DNA of 57,002 bases, taken from positions 1-57,002 of IMG/VR virus record IMGVR_UViG_3300032193_000091. The stretch is one strand, 5' to 3'. The number at the start of each line of letters is the position of its first letter. Position 1 is the stretch's first letter. Shown piece by piece: positions 28,633 through 42,500 of this stretch. The notes below the pieces were generated by a model. The model was not told the DNA's origin, searched no databases, and saw only the letters and a program-made list of their open reading frames with translations. This stretch comes from a virus. Its lineage: Duplodnaviria > Caudoviricetes. The position numbers were made by a program, and so were the translations under genes.

Positions 28633-28660
28633 AAAAAAAATCCCCCGCTTTCGCGAGGGA
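28633..28660 (-). terminator. Rho-independent terminator after gp8
   Basis: TCCCTCGC-GAAA-GCGGGGGA followed by a long T-run (GNRA loop). Confidence 0.9.
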
Positions 28661-28681
28661 CTTAATAATCTGAGTTTTAGA

Positions 28682-30532
28682 TCAGAACTCGATAACGAGT
28701 TTGATGTCTTCAATCTGGTCGGGAGCACGAGTGATTAGACGACGGTTCTCAACGTAGATTACGTCACCTGAGTTGTTCTCGATCTCAGGAGCAGCAAGAC
28801 CTGAGTTGAATGTCTTACCTAGGAGTTCAGTTCCGTTAGCAAGTCCAGTCTCAACATCACCTGAAGCAGCAGATGTGTCACCAGTGATTGCGTTAGCAGA
28901 AGATTCGAATGCTCTTACAACACCTGAATCTAGGTGAGCTTCTACAGTTTGGATGTACTTAAGAACGCCTTCGCCAGCAATGTCATTGCCGTTGCCGTCC
29001 TTATCAAGAGTCCAGGAAACAACTGTTCCGTATGCAGTACCACCAGTTACGGTCTGCTGGATTCTCTCGTCAACGATGTAGTCAGCGTCTGCACCAGTGA
29101 CCTTGACTGCCTTAAGACCTGAAGCGGTATCTGCAGTTAGGAATGCAGTTGAACCCCACTGAAGAGGATCCTTAAGAATACCGATTCTACGGAAGTCGTT
29201 GTCAACTGGGAAGTCACCTGAACCCTCATCATAGGTGAGGCGAATGTTAGTCATTACGCGCTTACCGTTGAGTTCTACTTCGTGGTCTGAACCATGACCG
29301 CCTTGAGGAGGCATGACTGCTTGGAGTGAACCGTAAGCAGTGTTAGGTACGGTAGCAGTAGAAGATAGACCAGAGTTGGTGAATACGAAACCTTGCTCTA
29401 GGAGAACGTTACCATAGGTGTAACCTGAACCACGAGCAAACATTTCAGCAGAGGTGATTGCACCAGCAGCACTGGTGGTAAATCTTACGATAGCACCTGA
29501 ACCATCACCTTGAACCTCGGTGTAGAGGGTAGAGGATGCAGGAAGATCATCGCCAGCATCTTCGATTAGAACTACATCGAGAGCGCCGTCAACTGCTAGA
29601 CCTTCTACAGAAACTCTGGAAGGATTGCTTGACTCAACGATTGGCATGAAGTCCGATGAAAGGAACTTGATAACATCATCGGTTGGGATGGTATACATGT
29701 GCTTCCAGAGGTAGTTGCCACTTGGAGCGGACCAGATACCAGTTGAACCATCGTAGTTTGCACCATCGGTAGTTCTGGGTTGCTCTGCTTCTAGAACATC
29801 AACACCAGTTGGGTTCGAAGGAGTCTCACCATTATAGAGACACTTGAATACTTCGTAGTCAGAGTTCATTACATAGAACTTAGCGTCTGCAATTGAAGTA
29901 ACAGATGAAGAAGATACACCAGAGATACCTGTCTGACCGTTGCCAGATGCAGAGTAGTTAGGCTTCCACATGTCAAATCTTGGGTTGACAGAGGTGCTCC
30001 AGTTGTAACGACGGATTACTGTTCTTGCGTGCTGGGAATCAATTTTCTTAGCAGCAATAATCTCATCATAGAGAGAAAGCTTTTCGGTCTGGTTATCCAG
30101 AGGAGCAGGAGGATTGTCCTCGGTGCCGTAACGATAAACGCCAGTTTGTGCTCCTACGCTAGTGGAGATAGTTGAACCACCGTCTGCTGTTTCTCTGATG
30201 TCGGAACCTAAGGCAGGTGCAGAGTTAACTCCGCTTGCACCAAATACGTCGGTAAGAAGAAGAGCGTTATCGTAGATACCTGCAACAGTGGCACGGAAGG
30301 AGGTACTTGCATAATCACCAGCGGCAGTTCCTACAAAGATTTCTCTGCCAACTGTAAAGTTGTTCTGGAGCTTAGAGTGAATCTCTAAGTATGCGTACCA
30401 TCCTTGTGGGCGTCCCACAAAGAAATACATTCGAGAGCCGTCGCCAGCGGGATCGGCATCACTCTCTTGGAGTGATTCTAGGAATTGGCTCGCATTAAAA
30501 ATGCGAAACTTATCAGAGATAATAGCAGTCAT
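28682..30532 (-). CDS. gp8: baseplate wedge subunit gp8
   Basis: AIISDKFRIFNA; FYVMNSDYEVFKCLYN; YLWKHMYTI; PPQGGHG; C-terminal SGDVIYVENRRLITRAPDQIEDIKLVIEF. Confidence 0.92.
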   Translation of the reverse strand: MTAIISDKFRIFNASQFLESLQESDADPAGDGSRMYFFVGRPQGWYAYLEIHSKLQNNFTVGREIFVGTAAGDYASTSFRATVAGIYDNALLLTDVFGASGVNSAPALGSDIRETADGGSTISTSVGAQTGVYRYGTEDNPPAPLDNQTEKLSLYDEIIAAKKIDSQHARTVIRRYNWSTSVNPRFDMWKPNYSASGNGQTGISGVSSSSVTSIADAKFYVMNSDYEVFKCLYNGETPSNPTGVDVLEAEQPRTTDGANYDGSTGIWSAPSGNYLWKHMYTIPTDDVIKFLSSDFMPIVESSNPSRVSVEGLAVDGALDVVLIEDAGDDLPASSTLYTEVQGDGSGAIVRFTTSAAGAITSAEMFARGSGYTYGNVLLEQGFVFTNSGLSSTATVPNTAYGSLQAVMPPQGGHGSDHEVELNGKRVMTNIRLTYDEGSGDFPVDNDFRRIGILKDPLQWGSTAFLTADTASGLKAVKVTGADADYIVDERIQQTVTGGTAYGTVVSWTLDKDGNGNDIAGEGVLKYIQTVEAHLDSGVVRAFESSANAITGDTSAASGDVETGLANGTELLGKTFNSGLAAPEIENNSGDVIYVENRRLITRAPDQIEDIKLVIEF

Positions 30533-30569
30533 GGTTGTTCTTCCGACGTTGTGATTATTGTGCCAAAGT

Positions 30570-30594
30570 TATTTATATTTATACGATTATTTAG
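30570..30594 (-). promoter_or_regulatory. tandem T4 late promoters (two overlapping TATAAATA plus one CTAAATA)
   Basis: Perfect gp55 consensus at 30570-30577 and 30576-30583; CTAAATA at 30588-30594; upstream of gp8. Confidence 0.75.
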
Positions 30595-33500
30595 TCAACC
30601 TCAATATTAATCATTTCATCACCTGCGGAGATGGTTGTTGGTCCACTGTAGACAGTACATCCATCGAAGGTTGTTCCAGTCTTGCTCGTATATTGGATAA
30701 TGGATCCTCCGCTTGTAAAGAGGTAACCAGAATCCAGGAAGTATTTAGTAGGTTCAGCACCTGGGTCTCCGCTGTTATCAACTGCAATTGTTCCGCTGAT
30801 GAGACCAGTCTGTGAAGTAATTGCAATTGCATTCTGAATAGATGGATTAGCGAGATTGAAGTAGTCACCGTTGATTGTGTAACTGGAGTTTGGACGATCT
30901 TCGAAGTCCGCAAGAGTCATTTGTGGGAACAATGCGGAGAATCTTTCGATAGAAACTCCAGATGCATTCGCGGAACCATCGTCATATCCAACATAATTCC
31001 AGTTTCTTAGGGTAGGTCCAGCATTACCTGTGGTATAATTACCTAGGTAATCTCCAGAACCACTAGAACCAAATAGTTGGTTGATAACATCAATTAGATC
31101 TCCGTCTCTCTGTAGGACATCATGATCGTCAGTGATATCTACAGAACCGCCATCTCTGGTTGGAACTGGGTCGCTGAGGAAGATCGATTCGACGAATCCA
31201 TCAACAACACCAGTTCCAGGATGGATTCTGAGTAGTTCTGTTGGACCGTTGTGTACGACTTCATGCTGAATGCTAATATGATGTAACTCTTCAACATGAT
31301 TGACTGTTGTTCTGACAACAGAGTCAGCGAAGATTCCAGACTCTTGTGGGCGGGTTGTGATTGCGTCTGCTTCGATAGAAGACGCGGAAACAGAAGAGAT
31401 TGTTGGAGCAAGACTGGAGCGAATCTGCTTATGGGAGACTTTCCAATCTGCCAATCTAACTGCAGACTTCTTGATATCGACTTTGATTTCAATGTTGTCG
31501 CGGGTGAGAGATTCGAACCTTGCTTCGGAGTTGATTGCACCCGCACCAGCAGCACCACCAGACTCAGTAACAATATTTGCCTGTACCGTAGCAAGAACGG
31601 TAGGTCTAACCTGAGACTTGATGATAGTCTTGGCAATCTTCCAGTCAACAATCTGTACGGCATCTTTCTTGATGTCCGCCTTGACTTCAGTTGCACCAAC
31701 ACTGAGGGAGTTGAAGGAAGCGATAGAATCCTTAGGAGCAATGCTAAGAGCATCACTGACAATAGAGATCTGTGAAGTAGATGTAACAGTAGGTGCGACC
31801 TGTGCCTTGACGATTGTCTGTGTAACCTTCCAATCAACCAGATTGATATCCGCTTTCTGAATCTCAAGTCTGTCTGGTTGCTTGTAGTAATACATTTCAC
31901 CAAACGCTGCCTCAGATGCCTGAGGAGCGATGCTGAGAGCCTCACTAATGATATCAACTCTATTGGTAGACGTAATAGAAGGTCTGAGAGTTGCCTTGAC
32001 GATTGTCTGCTCGACTCTCCAATCATATAGATTGATATCTGCCTTCTGAATCTCAAGTCTATCAGGTTGTGTATAATGTGTGAGACTATCAATAGAGACG
32101 AATGTCTCAGAAGGACGTGTTGTGATTGCCTCAGTCCTAGTGAGGAATGTTGTATTGGTGGAGACAATAGAAGGTCTAACTTGCGCCTTAACGATTGTTT
32201 GAGTGACCTTCCAGTCAACAATCTGAATTGCTTCCTTCTTAATATCTCTCTTGACAAGAGTTTCATTCCAAGCAAGAGATTCAATAGCAGAGAACGACTC
32301 TTTAGGAGCAATACTGATTGCTTCACTAATGATACTAATTTGTGAAGTAGAAGATACAGTAGGTCTGACAGTTGCCTTAGCGTAGATCTGGGTGATCTTA
32401 ACGTCGGGAACAACTGCTTCCTTCTTAATATCTTGCTCGATAAGAGTCTCTTTCCATGCAAGACTATCGAGTTTCTCAAACGAAGCGTATGGTTTGACAG
32501 TGACAGATTCAGAGAATACGTTGAGTAGAGTAACCTCTGTTGTGATTGCCTTATGAGCGGCAGCTGTGACAACTGTCTGAGTTACTACAGGAGCAGGGAA
32601 GAAGATGTCCTGTCTCTGCAGTTCACCGCGAATGATTGTTCTGTCTGCCTGTAGAGAAGAGAATAGTCCGATGACTTTTCTAGCACCAATATCAGTCTTA
32701 CGCTGAGTCTTAGCAGTGACATAAGATAGAGAGTCAATTGCTTGGACTGATTGAATCTGAGCGGTGATAACTCTTTCATTGAGAGTTGCTTTCTGCTCGA
32801 CACTAACTGGTGCTGGTTCAAACCACTTAGCAAATTCGTTATCTTCGTTGAACTTAACTTCAGAATCAATTTCCTTGACTCTGACAGATGCAACAGACTG
32901 AATAGCAGCAACACCACCAGAAACAACTTCAACTTTCTTAGGAATCTGCTTGAGGAATGTTCCTGCCAACCATGGTTTGGGTGTAGTGCCATCTACGCCT
33001 CTCTGTAGACTTAAGAATCTATCAGTGAGTTTACGGTAGTATCTGACGACCTCATCACCAATCATTAGGTAACCGTTCGTCTCAAACTTGCTAGTATCAG
33101 CAATGTATGCAACAGTATCTGTTGCGGTCATGTCTAGATCTAGGTAAGCACCAGTCTCATAGTAGTTGAAGTTTCCTAGAGAATCGTTGAAGATTCTCTT
33201 CTGTGACTGTGTGGTAAGTTTTCTTGCTGTTTGAGTGATAGAAACAGACTTGACGAAAGGAGTTCTGGTAGAAGCAATAGAAACATATTCGTTCTGACCC
33301 AAGAACATATCAACCAGATATGTCTGAACCTTCTTATTCTTAGTATCAGTAAACTTAGTGAGAGGTTGTACTACCCTAGCATCCAATCCTTCCTTGAAGT
33401 TACCGTCTTCTTCTACCTGAATGATTGCTGTAAGTGCCTTGAAGATTGCTCTTGGGGAATCTGCAATAATAGCAGAAGAAGTAAATGCCAGTGGAACTGG

Positions 33501-36500
33501 TAGACTTGCAATAGAAATTTCGGACGTAATAGTCCTGAGATCTGCATCTAATTTTGGTTGAATACCAATGGTAACTAGAGATACAGCAATGTCTCTTTCG
33601 ACTAAAATGTCGTATCCTCTTGCAACTACTGTCTTAGGAGCAGAGGTATATCCACTACCAGGATTGATTAAATCAACACTGAGGATGTGACCGCCAAGAG
33701 TTAGAACCTCTGCCTGTGCGCCACCACCATTGCCATCTTCAGGAATAAACTGAATGATTGGTGGTGTATAGTATTGATATGCTGTAGGTTGTGTGTTAGG
33801 ATTATAGTTACGCTGGTTCCACTCTAGTCTTTCAATTCTACCAGTGAGAACTTTGTTTCCATCTTCGTCCTCTACCGTCTCCATAATAGGAACAACACTT
33901 AGACCTGTTCCCTCGGTAGATCCGTTGTATGCTTCAACACCAACAATACCAAAGATGGAGTTATTAGATGGAATAGAATTGCTGTAATCCTTAGAGGTTA
34001 CAATGCTAGGAAGTGCAGAGATCTTCCTGTAAGCAGACTCACCATCAACTTTAATGGTATCACCACTGTTTAGTGGTAAGAAAGTCTTTCTGTAAGATCT
34101 ACCTAGTTTGGTAGCATTCCACTTGCCATTTCTATCTGCAAGACGAATTCTTCCTGTCTCGTCTGTAGTGATAGTTCTGTCAATTTGATTGACAACAATT
34201 TCTGTGGTAATTGAAGCATCAGCAATAGATGCTAGTAGTAGTCTATATCTTCCTGTAAATAATTGATTTGTTACAAGTTCGTGATATTGCGAAACAACAA
34301 ATCTTGCTTTAATAGTTACAATATCGCCATCTTCGCTGAAGATATATGGATCAATAATATCTCCTATAGGAGCATCATAAGCTGAACCATCGGATCTAGA
34401 TCCAATCGCTCTATATCCTGCATATCTCTTGTCTTGCATCCAAGAACTATATGATACATTATCATCATTCCTAGCAAGTTTATTAATTGCCTCGGTTGCA
34501 AAAGTTGTTGATTTATCGAGAGTGAATGTAATGTCACCTTGAATATAATAAGTGTTTGGTGAATAGTCGTAGATATTAAGGATCTGACCGACATCTCTAC
34601 CATAAAGCAGTCTCATGTCAACATCATTTTGTTCCGTGATTGGAACATTAAAGTAAATGTTAGGACCAGAAATGGTGTAACTATAACCTTCTCTCTGTAG
34701 GACACCATCGACAAAGACAAACAAGAACTCTTTCTCGTCGATCTTCTGGACTGAGCGATCCTCCATATCCAAGATTAGGAATGGACCAGATCTTACACCA
34801 TCTACTAAGTTGTAATCAATTGTAAGTCTCTTGTAATTACCAACGCCAAGACCTACAACTCTTTCAACTGCAGTTGGTTCGCCAATACTCTTGGCACCAA
34901 AATCTTGATCCCAGATAGGAGCAACATCAAATACAATCTTGTTAGGAATTACAGTTCTGTCAATATAATATGCATCGCCACCTGGGTAAGTTGCGTTATA
35001 CTTGGGTTGCTGTAATACGGCATTGATAGTGATGAAGAAGTCCTCATCTTCCTCAGAGTTAACTTCTGTGCCATCTTCCCAATAGAGTTCGAACTCTTTG
35101 GTTTCTCCGTCAACGTAATCAGGAAGAGACCTTGAAACTGATTCTTCATTGAGAATATCAGTAACATTAGCAAAGAGAGAATCTACTGAAGAAATGACAT
35201 CAGCACACTCACTATCTGGAAGCAGAGGATCTTCAATGATGTTATAATTTGTGTATACTCTCAGTGAAGTCCAGTTACCTTCACTGTTTAGATTTTGTGG
35301 TGTCGCATCAACATATCCAGTTCCGAAAGCAAGGATGTCCTTGACAATTTGAATGTAAGAACCCAGTGCTGACGCTACATTAGCACATGCTGGGACGAGA
35401 GAATCAATAGCAACGTCTGGATCTATAACAGGAGCAATGTTGGTATAAGTTCCTGCACCTAGACTGTTTCTCATTGCTAGTGTCATCTTCTCGACTAGCA
35501 AATCCCATGCAGCAATGGCCGCGGCAGTCTCTTCAACACTTCTATTAATATGTGTTAAAGTTTCTCCATAAGGATATCCTGCATTCGTATAATATAGTCT
35601 TCCAAATTCTACAACTTGCTCTGTACCACCAAACTTAAGATGATAGACAATTGCATCAATAAGATATCCTAGATCTCTAGCACATTTTTCGACGGTTGTC
35701 TGGAGAGTGTAGTTGTTGTAGATAGTAGCACTGACTTCTTCCTGCAAGTATGCTTTGTTTGCAGCAATTAGATTTGCAGCATCGTAGAAAGTACCAGTAT
35801 TAATACCACTGAAGTAGAATGTTGCAGTATCAGATCCAGAGAATGATGGAGGAACACTGAAGGTATCTCCATCATCAACAATAAATGTATCTCCTGGTTC
35901 TACCGCTGCCGTACTAGTTGGGCTAGTGGTATTACCATCAGTAGTTCCATCAAAAGTCGTAGTTCCCGCAGGAGCTCCACCTCCTCCACCAGAGTTAGAG
36001 AGTGCTGCTCTAGTCAGTGTAATTTGAATCTCACTGTCAATAGATGAGATTCTAGTGCCTTCTGGGAAAGCACCACCAGCACTGATAAGCATACCAACAG
36101 CAACGTTGTTGGTGTCTGCCATCGTCAGGATTCTAGATCCTTGAATGAAGTTGACATTGTTGACTACAATATCCCAGTTCCTGATTGCCAGTTTAGATAG
36201 ATTGGTGGCGTATCTAAAGATGTCAAGAGAAGGTACTTTATTATCAGTAATATAATCGTAACTATTATCTTCGTTAAAATATGATAGATAATCGACAGTC
36301 TTTACATTACCACCAAACCTTAGATCATGCTCGTATGCCTTGAGAATATTTCTCAGATCTGACTCATAACTAGACCCTTTGGTACTCCAGTCTAGTGTTG
36401 GATGAATCTCTTTACCGTAACCGATAGATTCTGAGATAATAAAGTCAAGGTTTCTTTCGATCTGATTAGCAGAATCCAACCACCTTCCGTTACGCTGGAA

Positions 36501-39500
36501 GATGTTTCTGATTTTTCTTAGATACCTGTCATTTGATGTGGTATCCTTGAATGCAAAATATCTGCCATAGAATTGCATTCCGTTGTATTCTGTTACATCA
36601 CCAAGTCTAGATCCAGTCAGTTTTTCACTATCACCAAGAGGTGCTTGTGCGAATACAATATCACTTCCATCAATTGTATATGCTACTCCTGGTTCTTGTA
36701 AGATTCCATCTAAGGTAATAAAGATATTGTTTACTTTTGCAGGAACAAAAGGATTATCAAAAGAATCTCTTAGTTGGAACCTAGTCGTACCAACGGTTTT
36801 GATATTTGCTCCAGTATAAGCAGTATCATTAATATCAACACCATCAAAGGAATTCTTTGCATACCATGGTTTGCCATCATCAAGAACATCATCATAGAAT
36901 CCAGGAGTTGGATTGTATACTCTAATAGTATATGCTCTGAATTCATTGAAGTTGAATTCTGAAGATGCGATGGCACCAGGACCTCTTCTGACCCTATTAT
37001 TTTCTATCTTCTGAATAGACTGAGTAACAACCCTTTGCTTAATGTCACTAGTAATAGTATTGACTTCTGGGTTCCAAAGTTGTATAATAGAAGCTTTGCC
37101 AGATCTAGGCATCTTGGCAGGCATTCTTGTATTAGCATCAGTCTCGATATCAACCTGACCGAACAGTTTAAAACCAGCAGGGTGTGTAGTTGACTTGATT
37201 AAGTCTCTCCACTGATCGATTGGAGTTCTAGACTTGACAACATAGGAATAATCCTGATAGAAGAAACTATCAGTTATTCTTTGTGATCTGTCACTAACTT
37301 TACCTCTAGCAGAATTATAGAATCCAGCATTGTCATAAGATGATGTGATATTCTCAGTTAGTGTACTAGAGTATACTGCCTTTACAGCAGCTCTATTCGT
37401 TGGATTGCTGACACTGACAATAGGGAAATTATTCCTTACAATCCCTTGCAGTTGCTTGAGTTTCAGTAAATTCGTTCCAACCTTAAATTCGCTAACTACT
37501 GCTCGGAAGACTTCTCTTCCTGCTGAATTAGTTTGTGTTACAACCTCTCCTTTTTGGAATCTACCAATAGTTTCCGTTGAAGATGGTCTCTTCAGTGCAA
37601 CAGTAAAATGAGAAGTAAAACTAGATGCTACAGTTTTATCTAAGTGGAAGGCACCACCGTTGCGAATAATCTTAATGCTCTGAGGTACACCAATAGTATT
37701 ACTATCAACATACAACTCAGTATCAGATTCAATGATCTCTACTGTTGGTTTGTATGTGTATCCTTTTCCTGCATTCTCTACAGCAATAATAGAAATCTTA
37801 CCATTAGTTACACTTGGTTTGAATCTAGCACCCTGTCCGTCTCCGTCAGTAATTACAACAACTGGATTGGTGTAATTTGATCCACCTTCAGTTACAGTTA
37901 TGCCAGTGATAACTTGTACTTTTTCGTCATACTCTACTTCAGCAGTTGCTTTGTATGTTGGGGTGATATCTACACCAGTAATTACAGGAACTTTCTTATA
38001 GTTAAGTCCAAGGTTAGTTACCTTAATAGTATTGATTTCTCCAATAGAGAAAGCACCTTTTGATGTGTATGTAATAACCCCTGATCCATCCCACAGAGGT
38101 TTGGAATCGACGTTGTATACAATTCTTGTAGGTGTTACATAAATTACAGTCTTCTCGCCTTGTAGAGGATCTGTGATGAGTTCTAGATATGCATCATCAG
38201 ACGTTACAACACCGTTCTTATCAAAATAGTAGAATGTTGTAAAATCAGTTCCTACCTTGGTATCATACTGGTTCTCGGCAATCCTAGGACCAAAACCAAA
38301 TTTAACTTCAGTAAATGCCCCTTCGTTTCCAGGAAGAGTGGTGGATGCAAGTTTCTCTTCTGTGATAAGATTGTATGCTCTACTTGGACTTAAGTCGAAA
38401 TAAGTTCCAGTTAGAGATGAGTGTGAAGTATCGAACTTGTAACGATAGAATTCCTGAATCTGAATATTTGGATTAGGAGTGAATACAATATTATCTTCAG
38501 AAATTTCAAACTTAAAGTTAGGAGATTCAATACTAGAAACAGTTACAAGTCTTGCTGGTGTGCTGCCATCAAAGAACGTGCTGCTATTCTGAACTGAAGT
38601 AGCGGTATTTCTCTCAATACCATAATTGTAAACCAGGATTACTGATTGAGTGTCTCTATCATAAGTTAATACTTTTCCTGATGTTGATAGTCCACCAACT
38701 TGGAAGTTTTCTGGGAAGTTATATTGTGCTTTATATAAAGTTACTGCTTGACCGTCGTAGTGATTCGTATCTTCAGAACCTTCAATGCCACGATTGACAG
38801 TAACCTCTGTTGGACTATCAATAGAAGTTACTTCTAGAATCTCAGATCCAATTTTAATCAGATCACCAATTGCAAGACCAGTGGTGCTCTTTAGTACAAG
38901 GTTTCTCTTTCCTTCTGCAAACCCAACGTGATCGACGTAGATAGAAAGTCTGGCAGTGCTTCTAGAAGCAGATGATCTGAAAAGGGATTCATCATCGACA
39001 GAAAGATAATCACCTTTTCTGTATCCAGTTCCTTTGTTGGTAATATCAACAGTAGCAACAGTAGCAGATACTGTTGCAACAATCTCTAAACCTGTGCTAG
39101 TTACCAATCCATCATTATCAAACACTTTAATGTAGTCTGGAAGGTCATCATTAGTGATGACAAATGATCCTCCAACGTAATTGTATCCAGGTGTTTTTAC
39201 ATAAACTTTATTACCTACAATTTCGCCATTATTAATTGTAAATGATGCAACCAACCCCTCACCGTCACCACCAGAAATAACAATATTATTGTAAACGCCA
39301 TCGCGGTATCCAGAGTGAGTTCCTTGGACCTGCAAATCAGATACAACATTGTTTTTGACAACGATAGTTGCAGTTGCACCAGTTCCAGATCCGCCAGTTA
39401 GTGCTACATCAGCGTATGTGTCAGGAGCATAATCTGCTCCACCGTTTAGAATTTGGAATGCTCCAATACCAGTGTCAGAAATTTCTGATTCGTATTCTGG

Positions 39501-42500
39501 TGTTTTGAGAACTACATTTTGATATAGTCTCTTTCTAACATAATAGTCTTTTGTCTTGATAGAATCATCTGGTCTAATATCAACTGTGATTTTATCATCA
39601 ATGCCTAGACCATGTGGATTTGAAGTCTCAATCAACGCAACACTTTGATTAACCTCAAATGGTTCTAAGTTATCACTAAGTGAAGTGAGGACTACTGGTT
39701 TAGATCCAGAAGTGTTGAAGAAGTCAGAAGACTGTAGGAAGTAATCACCACCAATTTCTTCTGCAATACCATCACCAGTTGGTTCGTTTGCATTAGAAGT
39801 AAATTCTTGTCCTACTTGGAACTGTAGTCCAGCACCAATCTGATCCCAGTTGGTGTCTCCAAGTTCTACAATTCTGTATTGTTTATTTGGTAGAATAGAA
39901 GTTGCTGTAATTCTACCCTGGTTGAGGGGAACCCAATCACCCTCTGTTACTTTAATCTCTACTGTATTCTGACTGCTGGTTCCATTTAGAATTTCACCCT
40001 TTGCTACAGCTGGGTTAACACCATCAGTTAGACTAAGGATTGCTCCTTTGGTGTATGAACTCTTCTGGTCGAGTAGAATGAAGAAGGTTTTGATGTCAGC
40101 AGAAAATGTTCCAGTATTGTCAAATGTACCAATAACATCCTTTAGAACAATTTGATTGTCGTTTCTGACTTCACCAACAATAACACCAGATGCATTGGAA
40201 GATGGTTGTCTTAGAGTATCATCTTCAAATAGATAAGCATTTTGAATAGTAGTTAACTTGACTACCTTATTTTCATAACTGTCAATATATTCTACAGGTT
40301 GTCCCTTGACAGATTCAACTAATGCTTCTGCCTGAAATCCATCTGTGCCTTTATTGTCAAAGTACAGTTTTGAATTGACAGAAAATACGTTTGCAGATCT
40401 CTCAACAGTTACATTGTCAACTGTGCCTGGTTTTACGCTACCAATCTCTGCAATGACACCTTCGCCATTTCCAGGCATACCCAATTCATTGAGTCTTCTG
40501 GATTTTTTGGGAATGTCGTTCTGGTTAATATTCGAATTGTAATTACTATCCACTGGTAGTGAATAGAAGTTCTTCCCTAAAATGTATGGGAATTGCGGTA
40601 CTTGATCGCTATTAATAGTAGTGAAATAAGCATAAACTCCCTCTGGAAAATCGGGGGTAACGCAAAATCGTCCATTGTTTTCGTCTAGTGAACCATTCTT
40701 GTGTCTATAGGTGTAATCATTTGTGAATGTACCTAAAGGATATTGATTTGTTCCAGGTCCTCCACGCCTGGTAGCGTTGAGAACGTAACTGGATGTCATA
40801 CGAGCAATACCAGTAGTGGCATCTAGTGGATCCTCAAATCCATAAGGACCATAGATTGGATTGCCGTCATAAGCAAAACCAATAATTGGTGAGTGGGTTA
40901 GACTACCAGTCTCTTGGTTGTTAGCAGTAATATTGTCATTCAGGGCATATCTGAATGCCTTTGGATTTGCAAATTGTCCGTAACCATACTCATATGAAAT
41001 ATTGAAGTTCTCAAAGACATAACCATTCTGGTCGTCCATTACAGACTTATACTTCTCATATCTGTTGAAGTTCCACTCTGTTAGTTCAACTTGTGCCTTT
41101 GCACCAGAACCAACAGGAATGATATCAACTCTCACTGTATTCTGATTGTAGAATACACCTTCGGCATTCTTTTCAAATCCAGTAATTCTTCCGTCAACAT
41201 CAACGATAGCAGTAAAGTCTGCAAAACGACCTTTACCATTATTGTCAGTGATTCTTACAGTTGGTGGAGAAGAATAGAACTCACCAGCATTATCGATAAT
41301 CAAACTGGTTACTTTATCACCAGTTACAACTGCACGAACAATAGCACCTCTACCAGAAGTTACCTCAATCGTTGGTACAACAGGAAATACCTTTTGTGAA
41401 GTTACAGTATAACTTTCAATAACTGATCCTGATAGATTTGCTTGTACCAGATCAGGAACACCATCAACTAGAACAAATGGTGGTTTAGCATATCCTGAAC
41501 CTTGCTCTACAACAGATACAGATTCTAAATTTCCATATCTGACACTTTCTTCGTCTTTGTATCCATATAGACGAACACCATTAAGCAGAAGTCCAACTTC
41601 TGATTTTGGAGTGGCATACTTCTCAGTAGTCTTAATCGCTTCTTTTCTAAGAATACGAAGAAGTTTCTGATCTTTAATTGGTTGATTATCTAGAACACCT
41701 TCTTTAAAGATTTCATATGAAGGAAAACTAGATGATGTGATATAATAGTATTGATCGTCTGCAAAAATAGCAGATACATCACTTGAAACTGAAGACAGTT
41801 GTGCCTCAAGAGTTGGTTTAGTTGGAATCTTGATGGGAAGATTATTATTCAGGATCCATCTGTAAATGTTAGATCCCGTCTGAGTGATCTTATTGTCAGC
41901 AGTCTGGAAACCAGGAATAGAGATTTGAACCTTATCGTTTGGATATGAATAAGGTTGAGCGTCAGTAATCTGGAAATCGTAGACTACACCTAGGGTTACG
42001 AGTTCTACATTAGCACCCTTGATGATAACTGGTTTGTATACAGGCGTACCTTCTTCATGAGTATAGGTAATGTCGCCTCGTCTCTCAATAGTAAATTGAG
42101 TTACATTCTTGTCATTGAAGGAGATGACTTCTTCTCCAATCAAAATCTCACCTTTTTCTTTCCATCCAATAGTAGAGAACACATTAACTCTCTTACCAAT
42201 ACCTGTTGTATTAGAAAGAGTCTTAGTGAGACTAGTTTTCGTAGAGATGGCAAATTCACCAGTTACGGTCTCTGGTGCGAGAACTAGATTGACGATTGCT
42301 TCTCCATCTGCAGTAATGTCACCAATTACATTGTCTACAGTAGCAGAGACATATCCATACTCTGCGGTCTCTTCCTGTACTACTACATTACCAATCAGAT
42401 CATTAACATCACCACTAATCACCTTTACTTTTAGAGCATAGATGTTAGTCCAGTCAGAATCGGAAGACTTAAGGGTGAAATCTGTTGGGTTGTATACCTC

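Noticed and set aside
31139-32992. 477-aa and 135-aa ORFs in the +1 frame of gp7 as separate genes or a frameshift product
   Set aside because: The L/S/R-rich translation is what results when the main frame avoids NTA/NTG codons; no clear RBS or slippery site was seen. Treated as a shadow of codon bias.
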